From Sedimentisphaera cyanobacteriorum (GTDB taxonomy: Bacteria > Planctomycetota > Phycisphaerae > Sedimentisphaerales > Sedimentisphaeraceae): a stretch of DNA of 32,000 bases. Made by a program: the position numbers and the translations under genes. This document shows, in pieces, positions 8,812-16,016 of this stretch (positions are counted from its first letter, which is position 1; each line of letters begins with the position of its first letter). The DNA lies in the NCBI RefSeq assembly GCF_001997385.1, contig NZ_CP019633.1:30001-62000 (forward strand), in the 5' to 3' direction. The notes beneath the pieces were generated by a model. The model made no database searches. It saw nothing but the letters and a program-made list of their open reading frames with translations, and had not been told where the DNA came from.

Positions 8812-9824
8812 AGCTTTTTCCTGCGTTTATCAGATATTACAGTTTCAAGGCTCAGAAACGCAAAAGCCCCAAGCAGGAATATCTGAAATTTTTCTTCGTA
8901 TTCAATTCTCTCGCTTCTCTCAAGCTGCCTTTTCCTGCTGGATGCGATTATCCCCTCATAAATTTCGCCTAAATTAAAAGTGCCTGTTTCCACGGGTATA
9001 TATTTGCCTTTAGAGCTTGCCAATGCCGTTTTTCTGAGCGTTTCATCTTGGAGTTTAGTCCAAACCTGATTCCCATTGTATTCTAAAAATTTCTTTTCGC
9101 CAGTACCCTTATCATAAATGGGTATCCTCGCTCCCTGCTGTTTATCTCCGAGCCCGGCAGCTATAATCCTTATTCCCTTTTCCCCGGCCGCTGCGGCCGC
9201 CTTCACCGGAAGACTTGATTCAAGGTCTCCCCCGTCTGTTATGAGGATTATATCTTTGAAATCCTTCCCGCTTTGGTCGAACACTTCCTCCGAGGCCATC
9301 CTTATTGCATCGCCCAAGTTTGTTCCTCCTCGTTTGGAGGTTTTAGGAGATATCTCATCGAGCGTCAGCCTTAGAAAGCCGTAATCCTGAGTTAGAGGGC
9401 ATTTTACTTCCGCATCTCCCGCAAAAGCTACAAGGCCAACCCTGTCTCCCTTGATCTTTTCGATTAAGTCCTTGATTGCCAGTTTTGCCCGTTCAAGCCT
9501 ATTGGGCTTTAGGTCTTCGGCAAGCATTGATCTTGATATATCCAGCAGAACAACTACGTCCCTGCCGCGGTTTTGCACCGGCTTGATGCTTGCATTCCAT
9601 CGCGGACGTGCAAGGCCGGTGATTATCAGCGCAAGGGCAAATATCATCAGAACCCATTTGGTAAACCGCTTCGAGGGTGATGGGTCTGCGTTGAGATATT
9701 TTAAGAGATTTTTGTCTGCTGCTCGTCTTAGCAGGGCTGCTTTTCTTGAGCTGCTGAAAACAAGCAGCGGTATCACAAGCAGAGGTATAATAAATAAAAG
9801 AAGTAGATAGTCTTCATTAACCAT
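8808..9824 (-). CDS. BatA/BatB-like von Willebrand factor A membrane protein
   Basis: Two N-terminal TM helices, a VWA domain with MIDAS DxSxS (VVVLLDISRSM), LVAFAGDA and ILITDGGD motifs, and a C-terminal TM helix. The track start at 9839 is TTG; ATG at 9824 (MVNEDYLLLLF) is more likely. Confidence 0.85.
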   Translation of the reverse strand: MVNEDYLLLLFIIPLLVIPLLVFSSSRKAALLRRAADKNLLKYLNADPSPSKRFTKWVLMIFALALIITGLARPRWNASIKPVQNRGRDVVVLLDISRSMLAEDLKPNRLERAKLAIKDLIEKIKGDRVGLVAFAGDAEVKCPLTQDYGFLRLTLDEISPKTSKRGGTNLGDAIRMASEEVFDQSGKDFKDIILITDGGDLESSLPVKAAAAAGEKGIRIIAAGLGDKQQGARIPIYDKGTGEKKFLEYNGNQVWTKLQDETLRKTALASSKGKYIPVETGTFNLGEIYEGIIASSRKRQLERSERIEYEEKFQIFLLGAFAFLSLETVISDKRRKKL

Positions 9825-10017
9825 TGCAAGACCTAACAATTATTAGACTCTTTGTTGAGCTCCGGCAGATTATTGCTGCAGTCGCAGAAAGTATATAATT
9901 TTAGCTCATTATGACAACCCGCAGGGAATTAAAAATAATTTTTGAAATAAACTTCCATACCGCTTCGTCTTTTATGGCAGTTTAAGCAATAAATAATTTT
10001 TTAAAAGGAGATTTACC

Positions 10018-11004
10018 ATGAAAGCAAAACTATTAACAATCTCTACATTGCTGATTGCAGCAGCTGTTTTTGCCTCTCCAAAGCAGCAGGACTGGGGCGA
10101 GAAGAAGTGGCAGCCTGAAAGAGGTCGAGGCGGGCCTTATATGCAGCAGAAAATGCAGCATTACCAAAAGCAGATGCCTAAGTATCAGCCCAGGATGCAG
10201 CAGAACTGGCGCAGGCAGGCCCAGCAGTATCGTCCTGCACAGCAGAGAATGCAGGGGCCAAGGGCATATCATTACCGCCGGCAGGCCCATAATTTCCAGC
10301 AGCGCGGCCCAGCTGAAAATTTCAAGAAGCAGCGTTTCTTTGAAGCTGTTAAAAGAAGGGCAATGCAGAACCCTGAATTCCGCAAAAGGCTTAGCGAAAA
10401 GATGATGAGCAAGGCATGGCAGGCTAAGGGGTATAAAGACGCCAAGTGCCCGCAGGAACAGGGAAGGTGTCCGCAGGACAAAATTCGGGACAAGAAAGGA
10501 CCGAAGCAGCAGGGAAGATTTGAAGGCAAACAGGATTTCCGCCCCCGCAAAAACCAGCCGATGCAAGGGCAGAGATTCCGCGATGAAAAAGGCTTTAGAA
10601 AAGAAAAGCACTTCGCTCCAAGGCAGGGCCGCCAGGATAAACGCATGCAAAGACCAATGCCCTATGCCGGCAAAGATCATCCTCGTGCGATGATGCAGGG
10701 CAAAATGATGGACAGGCCATTAAAATTCAAATGCCCGCACTGCGGCAGAGTAATCACTAAAGAAATGGTTATTAAAAACCGCAAAGACGCCCAGAATCCA
10801 AGCTGGAAGCAAAAGAGAGATTTCCGCAAGGAACAGGACTCTCATGCCCGCAAGGCTCATAAGGGCGAAATGAAAAAAGAATGTAATGCGGCTGAAGGAC
10901 GCAAGATGAAGGGCAAAGGTTACCGCGATAAAGATGAATGTGATGATTCAAGTGAACAGAAGAGAAGACAGAGACGCAATAAACATCAACAGAAAAGGAA
11001 ATAA
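10018..11004 (+). CDS. Secreted, extremely basic Q/R/K/M/P-rich low-complexity protein of unknown function
   Basis: AAGGAG lies 7 nt upstream of the ATG. Sec-type signal peptide MKAKLLTISTLLIAAAVFA-SP. The 328-aa ORF is followed by a clean intrinsic terminator. It contains one CxxC (KCPHCGRVITKEM) and a CPxxxxxxCP pair. No recognisable family. Confidence 0.75.
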   Translation: MKAKLLTISTLLIAAAVFASPKQQDWGEKKWQPERGRGGPYMQQKMQHYQKQMPKYQPRMQQNWRRQAQQYRPAQQRMQGPRAYHYRRQAHNFQQRGPAENFKKQRFFEAVKRRAMQNPEFRKRLSEKMMSKAWQAKGYKDAKCPQEQGRCPQDKIRDKKGPKQQGRFEGKQDFRPRKNQPMQGQRFRDEKGFRKEKHFAPRQGRQDKRMQRPMPYAGKDHPRAMMQGKMMDRPLKFKCPHCGRVITKEMVIKNRKDAQNPSWKQKRDFRKEQDSHARKAHKGEMKKECNAAEGRKMKGKGYRDKDECDDSSEQKRRQRRNKHQQKRK

Positions 11005-11048
11005 AGCTTTCTTACAAAGCCTTCTTTAAAAAGCTGTATTCAGCAGGA

Positions 11049-11076
11049 GCCGTCGGCATTAAACCGACGGCTTTTT
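11049..11076 (+). terminator. Rho-independent terminator of the 10018-11004 gene
   Basis: GCCGTCGG-cattaaa-CCGACGGC followed by TTTTT: a perfect 8-bp stem, 45 nt after the stop codon. Confidence 0.75.
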
Positions 11077-11364
11077 ACGTTTGGAAACTTCCCTTGCCCA
11101 AAGCATACACTGATCGCACAGATTTTGTTTTTTTTACCACGAGGCCCGCGAAACACACGAAGGGGATATGGTTTTGGTAAAAATATTTTCCACTGATGGC
11201 ACTGATGGCACAGATGATAATATGAATGTAAAGCTATGTTATGAAACAATTTATAACAAACCTTTGTGTTCCTTCGTGCCCTTCGCGGTTTAAACCAATC
11301 CCACGAGGATTAAAAAAATTACCCGCCCAAAAATCTTTCTCCGCCTTTTCCTTATCAAATAGCT

Positions 11365-11628
11365 ATCCTGTCAATCCTGTAAATCCTGTCCAAAAAATCT
11401 CCCCTCCGTTTCCTCCGATACCTCTGTGTAAAAACTTCAGCCCCCGCATTGGTGGAGAATATCAAATTGCGGGGAAGCTTTCTGGCCGGTGATGAGCAAA
11501 ACAGCCTCAATTAAGAATAATTTAACCACCGATGTAAAAGGAATGTTAAACATTGAGCCTCTCCGCCGCATGCGGAGAGTTATCGGAGAAGATATAATAT
11601 TGGACAGGATTAACAGGATCTACAGGAT
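11365..11628. repeat. Inverted-repeat-bounded element; each arm is three tandem 9-bp ATCCTGTNN units
   Basis: The left arm at 11365-11398 is atcctgtcaatcctgtaaatcctgtccaaaaaat. The reverse complement of the right arm at 11597-11628 is atcctgtagatcctgttaatcctgtccaatat. The arms are near-identical and separated by 198 bp of non-coding sequence. Confidence 0.8.
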
Positions 11629-11829
11629 GAGATGGAGAAATCGGGGTTAAATGATTTACTTCAGAAAATCAATGGGAAAAATACTGACACGAAAAACTGA
11701 ATATATTGGGCAATGTAATGCTTGTTCTAAAGACAGTAAAAGTACAGAACCCACAAACTTTGAGACGTTAATCAATATTTAATGATATATTCAAGAAGAA
11801 TTTGGTATTATCTAAAAAATTTTAGAAAT

Positions 11830-13425
11830 TTAATCAGCCGGCAGGCTGCGTTTGAGAACCATATCAAGGCCTTCATTTGAAATGAGTTTGGATGCGCCTG
11901 CATAGACTGCTGCTGATATCAGCACAGCAGCGGCTATCCTTGCAGAATCGAAGGCAGCGTTTTCATCGAGCCCTGCCATAAAGTGATTCACAGCGAGCCC
12001 TGCGGCAAACATCAGCCCCGAAGCTGCAAGAGATTTTGCAAGGAACGGCCTGAAACCTGAATGGAATCCGCCGTATCTTTTCCTCAGCACCAGCAGCATA
12101 ACCGCCACTTGCAGATAACTGCAAACGGCAGTTGACAGGGCGAGCCCCGCAGCCCCAGCAACCCAGATGAGAATAAGATTGAGCACCAAATTGATCCCCA
12201 CAGCCCAGCAGGCTGTTTTGGCGGGCAGTTTTGAATCGCCGGCGGCATAAAACGCCTTTATGAGAATCTGCTGGAGGAAGAAGCCTGTTATCCCAATAGC
12301 GTATCCGTAAAGCACGCCGGCAGACTGGGCGGTATCGCTTGCTGTAAATTCTCTGCCGTTCTCGAAAAGCAGCCTTATCAGCGGCTCTGCTACCACAATC
12401 AGCCCAAGCGAGCAGGGCAGGGCAGCGAACACGGCCATCTTAATCCCCCCTGAGAGCGAAGTCATCATCTTGTCGGTTTCGAGCCTCGCAGCCGCACGGC
12501 TGAGCACGGGGAAAATCGCAGTGGCAAGGGATATCCCGAAAACGCCCAGAGGAAGCTGATAGAGCCTTTGCGAGAGGTAAAGATGCATAACGCTGCCCCT
12601 CCAAAGCGGATATTCAGCAGATCGCCCGAAGATCATAAGCTCGCTGCCCTTGGCCTCCGAGCCGGAGAAGAACCACGCAATCAGTTCGTCGCTGAGCGTG
12701 TTGATCTGGGTTACAGTTGCGCCGAGAATCATCGGAGCCATAAGCAGCATTACTCTGCGAACGGCCTTCATCTTTAAATCGAGCTCGGGTCTCAGGTGGA
12801 TGCCGAGCCTGCCCAGAACGTAAATCTGCAGGGCGGTTTGCACGCCTCCCGCTATCAGCACGCAGAATGCAGCGATAAACACCTGCGTCCTTGGCGGCAT
12901 ACCCATCGCCCAGCCTGAAATCAGTATTGCTGAGATGATGAATGCATTGAGTATTACAGGAGCCGCTGCTGGAGCGGAGAAATGCCCGTGAACGTTGAGT
13001 ATGCCCGCCATTATCGCAATCGTGCAGATAACAGCAGCGTAGGGCAGCATAATGGAGGTGAGCTGGATTATCAGCTTTCCATCGCCTGTTAAATCCGAAA
13101 ATATTCCCGCACCAAGGAGCAGAGCCCATCCGAGAAGCACCGCACCTGCAAGAATGGTAAAAACGGCTGTAGTGATTGTGTTGGCAAGCTTTCGGGCTGT
13201 CTCGGAGCTGTTTTCAAGCTCTTCGGAATAAACGGGGATGAAAGATGATACCGCAGCCCCTTCGCCGAAAACGCGTCTTGCAAGATTAGGTATGCGGAAG
13301 GAGATTATCCAAGCATCGCCAAGAGCTGTTGCCCCGAAGAAGTGGCTGTAGCAGATGTCCCGCACCATACCAAGCACCCTGCTGAGCATAGTAAAAGAAA
13401 CAATCTGCCTGAATCCTTTGAACAT
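11830..13425 (-). CDS. murJ: Lipid II flippase MurJ (MviN)
   Basis: 531-aa polytopic membrane protein. The N terminus SRVLGMVRDICYSHFFGATALGDAWIISFRIPNLARRVFGEGA matches the conserved MurJ signature. Confidence 0.9.
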   Translation of the reverse strand: MFKGFRQIVSFTMLSRVLGMVRDICYSHFFGATALGDAWIISFRIPNLARRVFGEGAAVSSFIPVYSEELENSSETARKLANTITTAVFTILAGAVLLGWALLLGAGIFSDLTGDGKLIIQLTSIMLPYAAVICTIAIMAGILNVHGHFSAPAAAPVILNAFIISAILISGWAMGMPPRTQVFIAAFCVLIAGGVQTALQIYVLGRLGIHLRPELDLKMKAVRRVMLLMAPMILGATVTQINTLSDELIAWFFSGSEAKGSELMIFGRSAEYPLWRGSVMHLYLSQRLYQLPLGVFGISLATAIFPVLSRAAARLETDKMMTSLSGGIKMAVFAALPCSLGLIVVAEPLIRLLFENGREFTASDTAQSAGVLYGYAIGITGFFLQQILIKAFYAAGDSKLPAKTACWAVGINLVLNLILIWVAGAAGLALSTAVCSYLQVAVMLLVLRKRYGGFHSGFRPFLAKSLAASGLMFAAGLAVNHFMAGLDENAAFDSARIAAAVLISAAVYAGASKLISNEGLDMVLKRSLPAD

Positions 13426-13467
13426 CTTCTGCCGGTATTAAATTACGCTGTAAGTATGAAAATCCGC

Positions 13468-14587
13468 TTAGGCCTGCTTATTCTTTTTCTCCGCACGGAA
13501 TCTTAGATAGCTTTCTATAAACTGCTCTATTGAACCGTCCAGCACTGCCTGCACGTTGCCCGTTTGGGTGTCTGTGCGGTGGTCTTTCACCATCTGATAA
13601 GGCTGGAGCACATAGCTTCGTATTTGGTTGCCCCAGGCGATTTCGCCTTTGTTGCCGTAGAGCTCGGCGATTTCCTTGTCGCGTTTTTGCTGTTCGAGCA
13701 TATAGAGCTTTGCCTTGAGCATCTTCATCGCCTCGGCCTTGTTTTTGTGCTGGCTTCTGTCGTTCTGACACTGCACAACGATTCCCGTAGGCTGATGCGT
13801 GATTCGAACCGCAGAGCTGGTCTTGTTTACGTGCTGCCCGCCTGCGCCGCTAGCGCGGTAGTAGTCCACTCGAATATCGGAGTCGTTTATCTCAATATCG
13901 ATATCGTCTCCGGCCTCCGGCGTTACATCCACAGCCGAAAAGCTTGTATGCCTTCTGTTTTGCGAATCGAAGGGGCTTATCCTAACGAGCCTGTGAACGC
14001 CCGCCTCGCAGGAGAGCTTCCCGAATGCGAACGGGCCGCTTACCTTGAGCATTACAGAGCGGATTCCCGCTTCCTCGCCCGGGGTGCTGTCGAGCTCTTC
14101 GTATTTATAGCCGTTGGTCTCGAAGTAGCGTGTGTACATACGCAGAAGCATTCCCGCCCAGTCGCAGCTTTCAGTGCCTCCGGCGCCTGCGTGGATGCCC
14201 AGAAAGCAGTTGTTTGTATCGTTCGGGCCGTTGAGAGTGCCTGCAAGCTCGATCTTCTCGCATTCGGTCTGCATACGTTTTACATCCGATTCTATTGAGG
14301 CTATGGCGGAATCATCATCTTCTGCCTCTGCAAGCTCGAAAATGTCTTTCAGGTCGGTGATTTCCTGTATCGCAGCGCTCACCGGCTCCACCACGCTCTT
14401 CAGGGAGCTCAGCTCTGAGACGGTTTTCTGCGCATTATCCTGATTGTCCCAGAAGTCCGGCGAGCTCATCTGCTTTTCAAGCTCGTTTTTTCTTTCCTGC
14501 TTTTCAGGGAGGTTAAAGCCAGTCGCGAACTTTTAGTATTCGCGCCTCCAAGTCGGCAATTGCCTCTTTGATTTCGATTCTTTCCAT
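13468..14587 (-). CDS. prfB: Peptide chain release factor 2, requiring a +1 programmed frameshift: join of 14587..14516 and 14514..13468 on the minus strand
   Basis: The track ORF at 13468..14469 carries SPF (RISPFDSQ) and GGQ (SGAGGQHVNKT). Upstream, ATG at 14587 opens MERIEIKEAIADLEARILKVRDWL and then reaches TAA (14515-14513). Shifting +1 at CTT T reads NLPEKQERKNELEKQMSSPDFWD, in frame with the main ORF. The junction aligns with the E. coli RF2 junction LRGYL|DYDAKKERLEE. Confidence 0.9.
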
Positions 14588-14629
14588 ATATTCTCTGCGT
14601 ATTACTATAATCTAAAATTAGAACGCCCC

Positions 14630-14657
14630 TTTATAGCAAAATTCGCCAATTTTGCAA
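14630..14657 (-). promoter_or_regulatory. Candidate sigma-70-type promoter for prfB
   Basis: The minus strand reads TTGCAA, a 16-nt spacer, then TATAAA, about 40 nt upstream of the prfB ATG. The promoter consensus for this lineage is not known to me. Confidence 0.3.
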
Positions 14658-14790
14658 ATATTGAAAGAACCCATTCACTGTGGTTACGCGACAATTTTGG
14701 GGCAAAATGCAAATCATAATGCTGCAACGCTTTGCAGAATTTATTATCTATTTACTGAGCCAGCGGTTCGCTGCTTAATAATGCAGCGTC

Positions 14791-15183
14791 GCACAGCGGT
14801 GTTCGCCGTGGCGGACCCGCTAGGATAGCGAAACGTGAAGAGCCGGCGGTAAGCGAAAAGAATGCTAGCGGGTCCGCCACGGCGGACGGTGCTGTAATAT
14901 GAAGAGTCTATTCGTTGTGTTGGCTTAGCGGGCGGCATGTGCCGCACCGCTGTAATATGAAAAATCATCCCGCAACGCAATAAGCCGGCGGCACACAGCG
15001 GCGGAGCGCAAGCTCCCCGCTAGGATAGCGAAACGTGAAGAACCGGCGGTAAGCGAAAAATCTTTTCTAAAAGAATGCCTAGCGGGCCCGCTAGAATAGC
15101 GAAATGTGAAGAGCCGGCGGTAAGCGAAAAATCTTTTCTAAAAGAATGCCTAGCGGGCGACTTGCGTCGCTCCGCTGTAGTAC
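14791..15183. repeat. Cluster of nested GC-rich palindromic elements sharing a 57-71 bp core unit
   Basis: The core CCCGCTAG[GA]ATAGCGAAA[CT]GTGAAGA[AG]CCGGCGGTAAGCGAAAA...GAATGC(C)TAGCGGG occurs at 14816-14872, 15016-15086 and 15087-15157. The last two copies abut head to tail. Each core sits inside outer inverted arms of the form CACAGCGG...CCGCTGTA. A solo right arm lies at about 14923-14962. Confidence 0.85.
14805..14883. repeat. Perfect 19-bp-stem hairpin enclosing core unit A
   Basis: gccgtggcggacccgctag (14805-14823) is the exact reverse complement of ctagcgggtccgccacggc (14865-14883). The loop is 41 nt. Confidence 0.9.
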
Positions 15184-15188
15184 GGGGG

Positions 15189-15211
15189 ATGTTAAACATC
15201 TGAGTTATCGG
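15189..15211. repeat. Dispersed intergenic module Q (second copy at 11543-11586)
   Basis: atgttaaacatctgagttatcgg here matches atgttaaacattgag[22-nt hairpin insert]ttatcgg at 11543-11586. The module begins with the palindrome ATGTT-A-AACAT. Confidence 0.75.
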
Positions 15212-15320
15212 CAGCTACAGGAGAAAAACTTTCCCCTTATCATTGCCTTGAACTTTAAAAATATCCCCCTTAGTGCTTCTTAGCGTTTCTCAGTGGCTGA
15301 AATATCTCAGCGCTGCTCGT

Positions 15321-15371
15321 GGTTCAAACAAATCACCCGCCCAAAAATCCTGTAAATCCTGTCCAAAAAAT
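15321..15371. repeat. Dispersed intergenic module P (longer copy at 11287-11398)
   Basis: ggttcaaacaaatc-acccgcccaaaaatc-ctgtaaatcctgtccaaaaaat here matches ggtttaaaccaatc...acccgcccaaaaatc...ctgtaaatcctgtccaaaaaat at 11287-11398. The 11-kb copy carries two insertions. Confidence 0.75.
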
Positions 15372-15608
15372 ATTGTCGCACACTTACTGTGGCAGCGGTT
15401 GAGGTTTTGTCTTATTTTTGTGAATAATCGAACATAAAAACACCGCAGCAGTGCACTTGTTCGGGGTTTTATTGTGATTTGTTACATACAAGAACATTGG
15501 ATTTGTCATTTAGTAACATTAATTGAAGCTTAAAAATTATAATTGTTCTGTTTGAGGCCAAAAAAATAATTAAAAGTTTATAAAAAATACTTTTCGTAAC
15601 ATTTTCTT

Positions 15609-15637
15609 TTAGACCTCAGGGCTTTTTGTGTTATAAT
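15609..15637 (+). promoter_or_regulatory. Candidate extended -10 promoter upstream of the hydrogenase operon
   Basis: TGtTATAAT at 15629-15637, with TTAGAC 17 nt upstream. This would give a leader of roughly 370 nt before the hydC ATG at 16017. Confidence 0.3.
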
Positions 15638-16016
15638 TCGAACGTGCCCTTTCAAGAGGGGTAATTTTTAAATTTTTACGTAATTGGTGTAATTTTGCGC
15701 TTGATAAGCGGGAAAAATTTATTGGGAGCGTTAAACCGTTCCCCGCATTTTCCTGCCGGCGGCAAGCTGAAAAATCTTCAGCACTCTACTACCGGCCTGA
15801 ATACTTCTGCGCAGCCTTTTTGAAACAACTTGCCCCCAAGGGCAAAATATATATTTCGCTGTCAATTTTCTTCTGCGGCATACTGAGAAAACATCTTTCC
15901 GGAATAAAATCATCCCCCTCCGCAGAGTAATAAAATTTATTCGTCAAACGTGATTTTCGGCTTATCTTGCTGAAGATACGGGAAATATTGAACTAAAGTT
16001 TCAACAAGGAGAATCT

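Noticed and set aside
10033-10680. 215-aa and 124-aa antisense ORFs opposite the Q/R/K-rich gene
   Set aside because: They are Leu/Phe-rich mirror images of CAG/AAG-rich coding sequence. The plus-strand frame has the SD, signal peptide and terminator; the antisense ORFs have none.
11191-11216. Tandem cactgatggca repeats containing TGGCAC, considered as a sigma-54 -24/-12 promoter
   Set aside because: There is no TTGC element at the required 4-5 nt spacing after TGGCAC. The second match is simply the tandem repeat, and no downstream gene is in a sensible position.
11365-11391. Phased 9-mers ATCCTGTNN, considered as DnaA boxes or an oriC
   Set aside because: Only 4 of 9 positions match TTATCCACA. 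There is no dnaA or dnaN gene or AT-rich unwinding element in context, and no gene-orientation switch here. The same 9-mers form inverted arms, which fits element termini better.
11040-11492. ORFs 11040..11249 (-) and 11241..11492 (+) in the long intergenic region
   Set aside because: They are made almost entirely of the dispersed repeat modules, for example PVNPVNPVQ from the ATCCTGT 9-mers. They have no ribosome-binding site and a Cys/His/Pro-rich junk composition. They are most likely non-coding.
12614-13129. 171-aa alternative-frame ORF inside murJ on the same strand
   Set aside because: The Arg/Gly/Cys-rich product is typical of an off-frame reading of a hydrophobic membrane-protein gene, whereas the MurJ frame is continuous and conserved.
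14744-14980. 78-codon ORF (-) across the palindromic cluster, and the 60-codon ORF at 15731..15913 (-) in the hyd leader
   Set aside because: The first is read through GC-rich hairpin arms and the second through the structured leader. Neither has an SD, and both have Arg-rich compositions typical of random GC-rich frames.
15016-15086. A 71-nt unit with an 8-bp terminal stem, considered as a tRNA or tRNA-like gene
   Set aside because: There is no T-loop (GTTCRA) or D-loop signature. The interior does not fold into a cloverleaf; it forms AGCGAAA direct sub-repeats and a TCTTTT-CT-AAAAGA palindrome instead.
14816-15157. Possible CRISPR array, because a 57-71 bp unit is repeated three times
   Set aside because: Two copies abut with no spacer, and the third lies 143 bp away inside its own long hairpin. 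The units have palindromic ends and nested outer inverted arms. No cas genes or leader are present. It behaves like a REP/MITE-type palindromic element rather than a CRISPR array.
15468-15500. TTGTGAtttgTTACAtacaagAACA, considered as a Rex or CRP/FNR operator upstream of the hydrogenase
   Set aside because: Only one half-site is decent, the dyad symmetry is poor (TGTT-N9-AACA at best), and it lies about 150 nt upstream of the candidate promoter. It is mentioned in the leader finding as a weak lead only.
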